Shown: one piece after another, positions 50,085 to 62,965 of the stretch
Layout of the letters: each line of letters begins with the position of its first letter
Position numbering within the stretch: the stretch's first letter is position 1
NCBI GenBank assembly: GCA_047495785.1
Contig: JBLDXI010000034.1
Span: forward strand, 310,001 to 374,000
Source: Lepidodermella squamata
Taxonomy: Eukaryota > Animalia > Gastrotricha
DNA: 64,000 nucleotides
Direction: 5' to 3'
The notes under the pieces: generated by a model
Told to the model about the DNA's origin: nothing
Databases searched by the model: none
The model's input: only the letters and a program-made list of their open reading frames with translations
Position numbers and translations under genes: made by a program

Positions 50085-50270
50085 TCAAATATTTATCTGC
50101 AACACTCATTTTACGGAAAATGTTCATATTCATCGGTATTATAGTTCTGGTAACCCAACAAGGTAATAAAAAATATAAGCGTTTCATAGCATTCATATTG
50201 TTAATAAAAAAATTAATAAAAATATGTTGGTGACCGAAAATGACCCCAAGATTCCACCGAGGTTTTATCG
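50085..50270 (+). pseudogene. Internally deleted copy of the 55172-56643 gene
   Basis: Upstream region plus signal-peptide exon (55140-55216-like) is joined directly to the last codons and 3' flank (56613-56716-like). Confidence 0.75.
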
Positions 50271-50996
50271 CGGTTTGGTTAGGATCGCAGTTCGATCGTA
50301 ATTTCAAACATTTCAGTTTTAAATTATTACAACTTGCCCAGAAATTACGCAACTATTCTTTAATTTGGCAAGAGAAAAAATTTGATATCAAGTCGAAAAC
50401 ATTTCGATTGGTTCGCCATGTCGGAAGTATCACTAGAATGTTTCCTGGCTAACCAATCAGAAATTGTGCATGGCTATTCGTTGAAATGATCGTTCAAGCA
50501 GTAAAATGAGGCATACTCAAAGAATCTGAGGCCAAAACGATGACAAGTCCGGTCCTCTGAACATCAACGCACAACTGCTTCTCCTTGACAGTTGAGGGAT
50601 CTAACGTTTTGCGATTCAACATAATCGTAAAACGTAAAACTGGCCCGTTTGTTAGTAAATCATTCAGTCTTACTTGGATGGCTGCTCCGACGGTTACTGT
50701 TTTGATTAAGAATTCACGTCAACGCTATGATATTTGAACCTGCTTATTAGATTTTGAAATGCCTGTGTACTCCTTGAAGATATTCAGGTTGCCCTTATGA
50801 CGGCGGCATAGTGAACTAAGTGTCAACACATTGCAAAGGTCACAGAATTTATAACGCAGACATTTATTATTTCAAAGCTATCGCGAATTTCCGAATTGGC
50901 CAACAGTAACACTGGGCATTAATCAAGTATTTCTGATCTGCTTTGTTCTCCAACGAGACGAAAACAAGTCAATTTTCCAATTTATTCCCGCGATCT

Positions 50997-52241
50997 TTAA
51001 GGAGCTTTGATAAGCTTGCCGTACTTCGCCAGAAACTGATCAAAGCTCATGAGTTTCGGGTTCAGCTTCTTCGTAGATTCGTAATCGATGCTAGCATTGA
51101 ATTTCTCTGTGAAATCTTGGTAAAACTGGAAAATGCTCGCCAGTTCACCCGCACCAGGAAACGGAAAGGTCCGGAAAACCTCGATAGGTGTAGGTTGGTA
51201 CACAATCTCCTCACCTAGAACCTTGCCAACCTTCTCAGCTTGCTCGCTGACAGTCATCGATTCACTAGCAATCGCAATTCGCCTGCCAATCCAAGTCGGG
51301 TCTTTGAAAGCTCCGTAAGCACAACGACCGATATCGTCTACGGCCATGCCAGGCGTTCTGACATTCCCCAACGGCGTTGTGATCGCCAATTTACCATCTT
51401 GGCCACGATGCATTGGTTCCAAGCCGGTGCAGAAGTTGTCCCAAAATCTTGGTGCTATCAGAAACGTGACAGGCTGACCATCGAAAAATTTGTCAGAGCC
51501 AGCTTTGGTCTCGCAGAATGGTATTTTGTATTTGCCATGCAAAGTAGGAAATCGATCGTCGCTGAGTTGTCCAAATTTGTGAGGGTCGTCCAGGGTAGAC
51601 CAGACAACATGCTTGATCTCAGCTTTCCTAAAAAAACAGGGTTATCACAAATCACTATTTTTTATGCATTCATTTTTTCAAAAGGAGAACAATAAAGCGT
51701 TTGAATTTTAATAATTAATTCGAGTTTAAGTAATTGAGGAATTTCTGAAAAATCTTCAAAAATCATATCATTTTGTTTCGATTTCAATTTGGCGATCTTT
51801 CAGCGTATATATTTTCAGATCGAAAGTACTTTTGTTTGAATGCTTTCTTAGGACAAGAAGGAATATTTTTCAACTTGCCTTGCCGCGTTAGCCATGGACC
51901 TGATCTGGGCTATTTCTTTCTCAGGATCAGTAAAATCAACAACCGAGACGCAAAACAAGCCATAAGAGCCTTTGATAGCCGCAGCCAACGCGTCCTCATC
52001 ATTAGCATCGACCTGAGCGAGTTCGACGCCTTGCTCAGCCATAGCCTTGGCTTTCGCGGAGTTGACATCTCGGGTTAAAGCTCGAGCCTTGAAATCGGTG
52101 ACAGGATCCTCCAAAATCGCCCGAATAACAGAAGCGCCCTTCAAAAATTCAACAAATTACAACTATAATCTCAAAATGTTGATGATTCACCTGTTGGCCA
52201 GTTGCTCCTACAACAGAGATTATTTTCTTTCCAGATGCCAT
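50997..52241 (-). CDS. NmrA-like protein, copy B; 3 exons
   Basis: MASGKKIISVVGATGQQ|GASVIRAIL...; highly similar to copy A with the same introns. Confidence 0.9.
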
Positions 52242-53936
52242 GAAGCGAGAAAACATCTACAGAATGGAGCTCGTAATTTTATATAGACTGCCTATGTCCA
52301 AAAAGTAATAAAATGGACCTGTTAATTTAAAAAGCTTAACCACTTGGTTCAGCCGTTTTTGCTAGCATTCAGCTCTTCGACTATAACATCAGACATTCGA
52401 CATCAGACATTCTATAACATTCGACTATGCCTAACATCAGAGATAACGCTTACACGCGTTATCTCCATCAGTTATCTTGGTACAGAGAATATTGAACAAC
52501 AATTGCCGGTCTGACACCCATGGCCACATAGTTACTTTGTACTTTGTCACCGTTTAATTAGTCTCCAATTTTGTTCGAGGATATAACTTTTATATGGCTC
52601 AAGGAAATTATTTTGAAATGACAGAAGACAAATAATATATTGATATCGATCGGGTTTGACAAATAAGGATTCATCAATTAAATTTGACCCATGGGACATT
52701 TAGCTAGCTATAACTTCAATTGTTGCTGATGTTTGATGTTTGATCAAATCTGCTTTGATAGTTTGATAAATAAAAAATAATAGAAAAAAGAAAAATGTTC
52801 TAAGGTGTAAGATATAAAAGATATAAAACGATGTATTAAGTGAGACGGATGAAACACTGAACTAGAATTATTCTTGAATGACAGCTGTTAGAAAATGAAA
52901 TAGCGTAAATGGCTTGATTCAGCTTTAGCACGGTGGCAGTGGTCGCGTGCGCACGATTCTCCATGCCAGCAAATGGCCATTTTTTTCCTGTCGCAAATAA
53001 TTGTTTTGTAATCTTAATATCGATCGAAAGGACAATGAGACGTGGCTATGTAATAATCTTAATATCGATCAAAAGGACAGTGAGACGCCGTAGCTGGGTT
53101 GTTTACGAGAAAAAAGTGTTGTCAAAAACAATTAGGGTCAAAGGTCACTTTTTGAAAAAAATGAGATGAATCACTTATCATTAAATGTTCGCGTTCTTTT
53201 TATCCGTCATTATATGTTGCTAAAATAAGGTTAAAAAAACCCTTGATTTAGACGCGATCAATCGATAATTCGGGGAATGCATTGTAAAAAATGGAATCAA
53301 CATTCTGCTCCGAGCCTTTAGTTTTCAAAAATTATTGAAATCAACCGATTTTTCATTCCAGTTGGAACCCCCAGTAATTTATGAGACCGCAAATGAGCAA
53401 TCAAGTTCCCGCTGAAAGTCCTATAGCCGAAAACGTTGAAGATTTTCGACTGAAAAACTTTCCGGTTCGATTGTTAAAGAGATGAAATAATCTCGCGTCA
53501 ATACGAAATAGACGCAGCATAATCATAACGTGAAAGAAAACAGCTCCATTGTGTGACCACTGTTTACTATGGTCATCTCATACAAAAGCACAAAAGCATT
53601 AGAGAAAAAAGTAGAACGGGCTAATGGTCACACTATGAGTTGTTTTTTGTCCCAAGAAAGTACTCAAGATGTAGTTTACTAAGATCTACATGTCATAGCT
53701 TGCGTTCTCTCGATTCTTCTCTTTGTAACCATGGACGCCTACGATTTTTAAAACATTTCGAAACTTCAACTTGATACTTTTCAAATTTCAGAAAATAATG
53801 AAAACTAAACATTGTTATTAAACCCTGAAAATTTAATTGTTTCAAAGGGGAAATTATCCAGAATTTTCAAGCATGCATAATGCCAGCACGGCAGGGTTCA
53901 AGCTTCGGCGCCTAAGTTATGTCTCATGAAAACAAC

Positions 53937-54353
53937 GGGTCCCTCACGAGGCAGCAGGCTTCAAAGCAGGATAAACCCAAAAGTGGTGCAAACGCCACGC
54001 AACAAATAAATCGAATCAATTACGATAAAATTCTGCGTAATTTTCAGACTATGAGCCCATCATAACTTCAAGAGCCCGGCTTATGAATTTTGGGAAATTT
54101 TCGAAAAAGATTTTTTTGTGACCAAATTGACCAATATGAGTTACATTACGGAGAATTCAAAATCAGAGACTAAGCCTGTGCGCCTACTGAGGGGACTGTT
54201 CAGTGCGTTTACCCCATAGACATAATTTAGGATAGGCTGCTTACTCACGAGGGAAAGGGCGCTACGCCATGGGCGCCCGATGGGCAGCTGATTCATCCTA
54301 AATTATGTCTATGGTTTAACCTGCATTGAAGCCTGCTGCTTCGTGGGGGACTC
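53937..54353. mobile_element. Non-autonomous TIR element (~40-bp imperfect TIRs) carrying a nested MITE
   Basis: gggtccctcacgaggcagcaggcttcaaagcaggataaac versus gtttaacctgcattgaagcctgctgcttcgtgggggactc. Confidence 0.7.
54215..54313. mobile_element. 99-bp MITE with 8-bp TSD (P-element/hAT-like)
   Basis: CATAGACATAATTTAGGAT...ATCCTAAATTATGTCTATG, a 19-bp TIR flanked by gtttaccc/gtttaacc. Confidence 0.75.
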
Positions 54354-54599
54354 GATAACGACTTGTTATTTAGTTTCTTTGCTATTTACATGGCCTCGTG
54401 ACCATTCGCAAGAAAACACAAGAATGAACCTATTTTTCCAGTTTGAAATTATGGGAAATGTTTATTTTAAATAACAGGAGAGCTCATTCATAGTCACTAG
54501 ACATTATAGTCATTTCCAGCACACTTTCCGCCAACAGTGACATTTCCAAACTATAACATTTCTTATCTTCCTTAATGTTAGAAAAGTCAAATAACATTC

Positions 54600-54890
54600 A
54601 ATCAATTTTCCTGATATTTCCACGGTTTGCAAGGAGCTTTGATAAGTTCGCCTTATACGTCACCAACAACTGATCAAACGTCATGAGTTTCGGGTTCACC
54701 TTATTCGCCGTTTCTTCAATTGCTCGGAGAAATCCTGTGAAACTGAAACGGCAAGTTCCGGAAAACTTCGATTGGCGCTGGACGATACACAATTTCCTCG
54801 CCTATAGAACCTTGCCAACTTTCTCAGATTGTTCGCAAATTTTCATCTTTTCACTAGCTATCGCAATTCGCTTGCCAATCCAAGTCAGGT
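54600..54890 (-). pseudogene. Decayed NmrA-like fragment (3' part of last exon)
   Basis: Aligns to the WIGKRIAIASE...NPKLMTFDQ region with indels. Confidence 0.8.
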
Positions 54891-55171
54891 TTTTCACATA
54901 ATCGAAAATCCGAATAGAAAATAAAACAATGCAAATGTGATTTTGTGTGAATTTTCTGAATCAAGCCGCTACATCTGGGCCTCATTTGGCTATTGTTTTA
55001 GAAAAAAAATCGATGAAACTTGGCTATGGCTTCACTCTGAGAGCTTGCCCTCCAACTTGTTATCAAGTTTTCTTATCTAACTCAATAATTAATAATTAAT
55101 CTCATTACAAGATAAAATGACGCCCAGCACAACTTTCAAATATTTATCATAAACACTTATTTTTACGAAAA

Positions 55172-56643
55172 ATGTTCATATTCATCTGTATTTTAGTTCT
55201 GGCAACTCAGCACGGTATACTCCTAAAATGTTCACCTTAAATTTTTGGATTTTTGAATTTTTGTTAGGCTATTGTCATGACGAGCTCACCGACCAAACCA
55301 GCTTAGTCTCAAAAATCCTCGAAAACCGAATAGCTAATTACCTCGAAAAAGGTTCAATCACCGCAAATCAAGCCGCCGTTCTATCGAATTACGCCAGCCA
55401 TGATTTACCGGCAATTATCGACTACGTCACAACTCGCCATAACAAATTCAGCTATACCGACCCGAACAAGGCTGGAAACCCGTTTCTAAAATCATCATTC
55501 GATTTTACGGACAAATTCTTCGAATCTTTAGAGCAGTTACTGCCCCAACTTGTCGAGGCAGGCATTTTCGAGGGAAATGAAGAACTAATCACGGCATCGG
55601 AATTTATTTTACTCTACATTCGCGAGACAGTTCTAATTTTGGAGCAAAGCAACCAGGCTAAACTTAGCGAAAAATTACAGCAAATTTTTGAAAAATGGTC
55701 GCTATTCAAACAAGCTTTAGTCGGGACATTGCTCGACAATTATGCTATGGATAAAAATTCCGAAAAAAATCGAGAAAAAATGTCGGATTTATTAACAAAA
55801 ATCAGCGAAATTTTACTCGAAAATACGCGAAAAATTGAAAATGGCCAGGAAAATTTTGAAAAATTCATCGATAATACAGTTGACTCGTGCCGAGAGGAAA
55901 TATTGAAAATTATCATCAAAAATGGCCAAAGGGTGAAATTAGAATGTTATTCTGAAATATTCAAATTTTTTGCAAAATTATCCGAAATTTTGTATCACCG
56001 TGAAAAGTTTCACGTCGACTTGAAGAAGGCTAAAATTTTAATTGATAATTTTAATTCTAAAATTGCTAAATTCCCCGAAAAACTGACTTGGATGTCTAGT
56101 GAAGATCGCGAAGATTTTACGGAAATTTTCAGATTTTTTAAGAAATTTTCGGAAAATTCCCTCGATTTTCTATCGAGTTACCGCGACTACGGCGAGAGCG
56201 ATGTTCTCGGTTCGAGAATTGCAATTTACGAACAGCTCAAGACGCCTGGTAAGAAGGTTGTCTCGATTTTATTGAAGTGGAAATTGCGAGATAAAGCCAA
56301 CGATTTGCGGACGAAATCGCCGCAGGAGAACGAGCAGATTCTGCGCTATTGTCTGTATCTAGGTCAAGAATTTTACGGCCTCGTTTTCGCTGGGTTGACG
56401 TCGCAAATTGACAGCAAATCACGCCCGGAGTTGGTTGAATGGCTGCTGGAGGCTAAAACGGCGACGGCTAAATTTTTGGCACTACAACGCGAATCAGGCG
56501 GCGGTTTGACGGCGAGTGATAAGGAAATAGCGGCATTTCAGGCCGAATTGGATGCGATTGTTGACTCGGTTTTAAATGTTGTGAATCATTTCGACATTGC
56601 TCAGCTTGCTTTCAAGCGTTTTATTGCATTTATTGTCGCCTAA
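55172..56643 (+). CDS. Secreted, predominantly alpha-helical E/K/L-rich protein of unknown function (exons 55172-55214, 55268-56643)
   Basis: Signal exon MFIFICILVLATQH|G splices in frame to the 471-aa ORF. AATAAA follows the stop. Confidence 0.8.
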
Positions 56644-56761
56644 AATTGTTAATAAAAAAATTAATAATAATATTTTAGGTGACCGAAAATGACGCCACGA
56701 TTCCATTGAGGTTTTATGGGAATTTCAACAGTTTCATCCTAATTTCAGTCGTAGATTATGG

Positions 56762-57083
56762 CAGCGTGTCCCAGAAGTTTCGCAACTATTTTTTTTAATT
56801 TGGCAACATTTTGTAGGAAATTAAATTTATTTTTTAATTAAACCCACCGACAGAATAAGAATTCCTCCGCGACTTGACCGAAGAAATACAAAATTTACCG
56901 GTGAAAACCCGGAAAACCCCGATGGTAACTGGTTCGGTAATTTTCGGTATTTAACCCGTTTGGAAAAAATTTCTCCGCGATTTTTCATCCTATCAACAAG
57001 AGAGGCACACTTGATATCTTTCCTCGGGGATTTTTGAATTTTTCTATAATTTTTCGAGATGGGAAGTTTTTTGGGACACGCTT
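56762..57083. mobile_element. Tc1/mariner-like MITE family copy
   Basis: CAGCGTGTCCCA...TGGGACACGCT TIRs; body similar to 62620-62965. Confidence 0.75.
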
Positions 57084-57449
57084 CAGCCTGCAGAGCCGAT
57101 ACGAAAAATCTCATATTCTCAAATTTCCACCGCTCCTATTCTTCTAAGGCACGGAGCGATTCCAAGAGCTTCGTCATGGTATAGTAGTGACAATTAAAAG
57201 CCATTTTGACCGACTAGGCTGACTGTTTTTGTTCGGCAATTGTTTGCCATGATGAAGAATAAAGATGAAGCGTGTAAGCTTGTTATGGTCAAATTTCTGA
57301 GTTCAAGTAAAACCGCAACAACACAAGTGGTTATTACGCTTTTTTAGTTTTGAAGTAGGTCAAATTTTATTGAACCTTGTAGGCATTTTATATTTAAGTA
57401 CGAGCTTACAGCTGCAGCAAAACAAATTGTAGATTTTTATAACCTCAAA

Positions 57450-58646
57450 ATGGCACCTGAAAAGAAAATCATTTCTGTTGTAGGAGCAACTGGACAACAG
57501 GTAAACCATCGAAATTCTAAGATTTTTCCTGAAGTTTGTTCAATTTCTGAAGGGTGGATCTGTTGTTCGAGCGATTTTGGAGGATCCTGCCACCGAATTC
57601 AAGGCTCGAGCTCTAACTCGCGATGCCAACTCAGCGAAAGCCAAGGCCCTGGCGGAGCAAGGTGTCGAAGTCGTTCAGGTCGATGCTAATGACGAGGACG
57701 CGTTGGCTGAGGCTATCAAAGGCTCGTATGGATTGTTTTGCGTTTCGGTAATCGACTGGACCGATCCAGATAAAGAAATCGCACAGATCAAGTCGATGGC
57801 TAACGCGGCAAAGCAAGTTGAAAAATAATTTCCTACCTTGTCCTAGGAATAATAATCCAGGCTCAAACGCTTTAATATTGTCATTCTATAAAAATCCTAC
57901 AAAGAAATTGAAGATATTTTATTTGTCTGTATTTTAGGAAAGCTAGAATCAAACATGTTATTTGGTCTACCTTGGATGACCCTCGCAAATTTGGACCGCT
58001 AAGCGACGATCATTATCCAACTTTGCACGGCAAGTACAAAGTAACGCATTGCGAGACGAAAGCTGGATCTGACAAATTCTTCGATGGCCAGCCTGTTACC
58101 TATCTGATAACCCCAGCATTTTGGGACAACTTCTATACTGGCTTTTTCCCAATGCATCGCGGCCAGAATGGTAAATTGATTATCACAGTCCCAATGGGGC
58201 ATGTTAAAACGCCTGGCATGGCCGTAGACGATATTGGTCGTTGTGCTTACGGAATTTTCAAAGACCCAACTTGGATTGGCAAGCGAATTGCAATTGCTAG
58301 TGAATCGATGACGGTCAGCGAGCAAGCGGAGAAAATTGGCAAAGTTCTAGGTGAGGAGGTTGTGTACCAGCCTGCGCCTTTCGAAGTTTTCCGGAACTTG
58401 CCGTTTCCTGGTGCTGGCGAATTGGCAAACATGTTTCAGTTTTGCCAGGATTTCTCCGAGAAATTGAATGCTAGCCGCGAAGCTACGAAGACGCTGAACC
58501 CGAAACTCATGAACTTTGATCAGTTTCTGGCGAAGTACCTACGGCAAACTTATCAAAGCTCCTTGAAGACCTTGGGAACATCGGGAAAATTGACTCTTTC
58601 GACACTTCGGTTCGGATATAAGGGAAACTCCTTGAATAATCACTAA
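57450..58646 (+). CDS. NmrA-like protein, copy C (4-nt insertion near the end gives an altered, extended C-terminus)
   Basis: MAPEKKIISVVGATGQQ with the same introns. aagtacctacggcaaa versus aagtacggcaaa bypasses the ancestral stop at ~58566. Confidence 0.85.
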
Positions 58647-59095
58647 TTTATAGAAAAATGACTCCATTCAAGACTGCATAATATTCGATGATTTCTAATT
58701 ATATTTTTGAGTTCACGAATAACTTGAAACAATAAACTTCTGCGATTTCGATAACCAAAGCCCTGAAATTACTTATGTCTTGTGCCTCAAGGGCGAATTA
58801 TCTTTGTGAGTGACTATCGAATTTCTTTTTTATTCTATCGAGGTGCAAGTTGAATAAGTCTTCGAACAAATAATGAGCCCAAGTCGCCGCTAAAACCGGC
58901 ACACTTCACTCATAGAGATAGGATAGTGCAAATAATAATGCGTGTAAATTTCATCGCATTCGCCGTTTTCTTATCGCCGTAACTAGGGAGAATGAAGCTT
59001 CTTATAATGTCGCTCATTTGTTGAAGCTTTATTACTATTTCCTGTTTGATAAGGCCTGCTTTTAACTCTGTCATCATTTTTAGCTTCGCTTGAAT

Positions 59096-62000
59096 ATGGA
59101 ACCAATGAAATATCGATCTATGACATCGTTCTCTGTTGTTAAAGCCTTGCGTTATGGCCGCCTACGAAAATCTGTGTTGTGCGAACATAACGGGAGCCCT
59201 CAGGAACAAGTGGTTATCAAAGAAACCAACTTGACAACCCTTCGCAAGGAATTTGAGAAAGACTTTGGAAGAATTGCTGAACTTCTCTACGAAAGAGTGA
59301 GTTATCGTCAATATATGCCTTATTTTGGCATGAGACGTACTATAGGACGCCGCGGCTTGCAGAAAATCAGAAAAAGCGTGATATTTTTAATGAGGTCCAA
59401 AGTCCAACTCGCCCAATGAGTCATCTCATTACATTTTTGCAATCATCTTAAGCCTCTTTTTTTGCTTAAGATCAACGAGATTAACACATCTTTACACAGC
59501 GTCACGCCGATCTTTTGCTGTAAAAGAATTCTCAGCAGTTTTTAATTATTGACATTTATTGACATAAAAAATTAAAATGTTATAAATTAAAAAATTTTAA
59601 ATTTCGAAATTACTGGACTAAAAATTAAATCGTATGCACGGAATATTTATGCACAGTGGGTCGCAGCCGCGGGGTCATGTAATGGGAGCTTCGAAGCCGC
59701 GGCGTCCTATAGTACGTCTCATGTATTTTGGGGGTGTTTTACGTCTTTTCCACTTGAGTTATCAATCAAACTCAAAGTAGTTTGAACAAGTTAACTTCGA
59801 AGACAAATTAGGATTATCCTGGGAAGAGTCTGTACACCCCAAATCGCGCATATTTTAATATTTCAGGATTTGTTAATGGTCGATATCAGCCATGCAAACA
59901 TTGTCAAGGCGTTTGACGCTTTTGAACGTAACTTTCTACTTTAAATTCAGACATAGAAGTTCCTAGTAATAATATTCCAACTATAGAGACATATTCCGGA
60001 GAGGATTCTTCTTCTCTCAACTGCATGATGAGGTACTTGGTGATGGAGTTTTGCGGGGGAGGAAGTTTCGAAAGCCTGATCACGCCTGAGACTAGACCTA
60101 TCCCGGAAATCATGCTTCAAATATGGTCGCGCCAACTTGTATCAGCTTTGGCTTACCTTAACGACCGAAAAATCGTTCATCGCAACATAACGACAAGCAA
60201 TGTACTGCTAACAGAAGACCGAGGCACAGCTAAACTGGCTGATTTGGGAATGGTCGAGAGATTAGACACGTAAGATTGAAAAGAAGCATTTAATCCTTGA
60301 TGAATTCGATATTCAAAACAGTGGTTCACAAATGACCGCTCTAGCTGCGTGGTACCCTTCCGCTCCTGAGGTTTTGAAATGTCAACCGAAATCATCTGCA
60401 AGTGATGTTTGGTCGTTGGGATTCGCGCTTTTCAAATTAGCCAACTTTCAAGAACCAGTATGAGAATGAACCTATATACGCGATGATTTACTTTTGTTTT
60501 ATCATTCCCCAGTTCATCTCAACGGCGGATATTTTAAGGTAAACTCATGAGTTGGATACAGAGGTCTCAAGCTTAAATCTATGATAATTTAGTAATAAAC
60601 TGAAACCATTCGACGAGTCACGTGGCTATTCCGTTGAATTCCGGGATTTTGTCATGTCAATGCTTGCCGTGAATCCTGATGATCGACCGGCCTCAACTCA
60701 GCTTATATCCAATAGTTTTCTGTTGAAATCAGCACCCATGCGTTATACAAAGGTATGATTGGTTCCCATGTCTTCTGAATTGTTGCTGCAAACTTGATTC
60801 ATCTTTCCTTCTATACTTTAGCCAGACCAATCATTCGTCGAACCTAACCAAGTGGCTGTTAAGGTAGCTGCGGATTATTTTACAATTCATTCAGGCTTTA
60901 ATTATTTATATTGCCAGGAGCTATTTGACTGCGTAATGAAGCGAAAAGATGTGTTGAAATTGGTGCAGCTACTCTCTAACAGTGATCTCGGTCTTAGCCC
61001 AGACTGCAAAGACGATGATGGATTGCCTCTGTTGTCGCTTGCAGCTGGGATTGGCTACAACGACATTGTGGAAACTCTGGTCAGGCAGTTTGAGGCAGAC
61101 ATTGGAGTTCGTACTGCTAGAGGTTCGACACCACTGTTGATTGCCGCCGGCAATGGCCATGCCGAGGTGGTGAGGATGTTGGCTGGCGAGTTCAATGCCG
61201 ATGTTAATTATACCAATATAGCTGGCGCGACGCCACTTGGGATCGCCGCCAACAATGGCCACACCGAGGTAGTGAGGATGTTGGCTGGCGAGTTCAATGC
61301 CGATGCTAATTCTGCCAATGAGGATGGATTGACGCCACTGTATGCCGCCGCCTTCAGTGGCCATACCGATGTGGTGAAGATGTTGGCTGGCGAGTTCAAC
61401 GCCGACGTGAATACTGCCTCGAAAGATGGCTTTACGCCACTGTATGTCGCCGCCTCCAAAGGCCACAGCGAGGTTGTGAAGATGTTGGCTGGCGAGTTCA
61501 AGGCGAACGTGAAATCAGCGAATAAAAATGGGGCCACGCCACTGTATGTCGCCGCCCAGAATGGCCACATCGAGGTTGTCAGGATGTTGGCTGGCGAGTT
61601 CAAGGCACACGTGGAATCGGCGCTCGAAGATGGCACGACACCATTGTGTAACGCTGCTCTGAATGGCCACGCCAAAGTGGTGAGGATGTTGGCTGGCGAG
61701 TTCAATGCCGACGTGAATTCTGCAGATAAAGATGGCTTTACGCCACTGTTTGTCGCCGCCCAGAATGGCCACATCGAGGTTGTGAAGATTCTGGCTGGCG
61801 AGTTCAAAGCGAACGTGGAATCGCCGAATAAAAATGGGGCAACGCCATTGTACATCACCGCCGAGAATGGCCACATCGAGGTGATTGAGGCACTAGCTGG
61901 CCTATTCAGCGCCAAAGTAAATGCTGCTTGTAATGATGGTCAGACGCCGTTGATGGCTGCTGCATATTTTGGCCATCACCATGTTGCTGAAGTTCTCCTT

Positions 62001-62141
62001 ACGAAATTCCAAGCAAACATCGCTGTCTTAGATCGCCGTAATAAGACAGCCTTGCATTGGGCCACGATCTGCGATAAAAGTGTTTCTGCTGATGACAAGC
62101 GCAAGACTATCGAAATACTCGAGCGGCCAAAATTAAACTAG
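59096..62141 (+). CDS. Pseudokinase-ankyrin repeat protein, copy B (apparently intact, 7 exons)
   Basis: Kinase-fold exons (VVIKE, IVHRNITTSNVLL, KLADLG, APE, SDVWSLG, VNPDDRP) splice in frame into the 429-aa ORF with about 10-11 ANK repeats. Confidence 0.85.
59329..59723. mobile_element. 395-bp MITE with perfect 30-bp TIRs and 8-bp TSD (P-element/hAT-like) in intron 1 of kinase copy B
   Basis: tattttgg-CATGAGACGTACTATAGGACGCCGCGGCTT...AAGCCGCGGCGTCCTATAGTACGTCTCATG-tattttgg; absent from copy A. Confidence 0.92.
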
Positions 62142-62619
62142 CTCGCAGTCAAGCATTTACCTAGACACAATGACCCAATAATCTATCGATAAACAAATGT
62201 GAAACTATAAAAAACCTCTTGCGCTGGTAAATTGTTGTAGCCCAGTGTCAAACTCTATTCAAGAATATTTTGACTAAAACGTCCCTCAATGAAAACGAAG
62301 ATGGAAGTATCATTTTCTTTGGCGTATTGTTGAATTATAGATAGAGAAGAGTCGAAGCGTCTATCTCACTCATCGCATAGTTATTCATGTTATTAGCTGA
62401 AGCAAGAACATTATCCGAGTGCCGAACAACAATGGCAAACTCGTAGCCATCGACGGCGACAAAGCAGCAAGTTATTGCGACGAAAGCGGCTGCAACTAAT
62501 TCAAGAACCACTAACGGACGGGTTGAATTATTTAGGCAATTGGCTTGCAATTGGCTTGATTTGAGCCTCATTTGCTAAAATGTCACTGCTGAAAAGTCTG
62601 ACCTCGTCGTCAATTATTA

Positions 62620-62965
62620 CAGCGTGTCCCAGAAATTGCGCAACTATTATTTAATTATAAACAAAAATTTTTAGGAATTTCTTTTTTAAATTAAACCTAC
62701 CGAGAGAATATTCCATCCAATTTAACCGAAGAAATAAAAAATTTACCGGAGAACACCCAGAAAACTGGTTAGGTAATTTTCGGTTTTTTACCCGGTTTGA
62801 CCAAATTTCTCCGGACCTATTAATCACATTGACAAATAACATACTTGAAATCTTGATCTTTCAAATCAATTTCTGGCCATGAGACGTGTCTCTCTCATTT
62901 GATAGAATTTCTGTCTACCCTTTTCCGTGTACTTTCTTCGCTTGCATTACCTATGGGACATGATG
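62620..62965. mobile_element. Tc1/mariner-like MITE family copy
   Basis: TA-CAGCGTGTCCCA ... TGGGACATGATG; shared body with the 16444 and 56762 copies. Confidence 0.75.

Larger units (their letters stand above)
57200..62280 (+). repeat. Right arm of inverted segmental duplication
   Basis: Reverse-complement similarity to 38925-43970. Confidence 0.85.
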
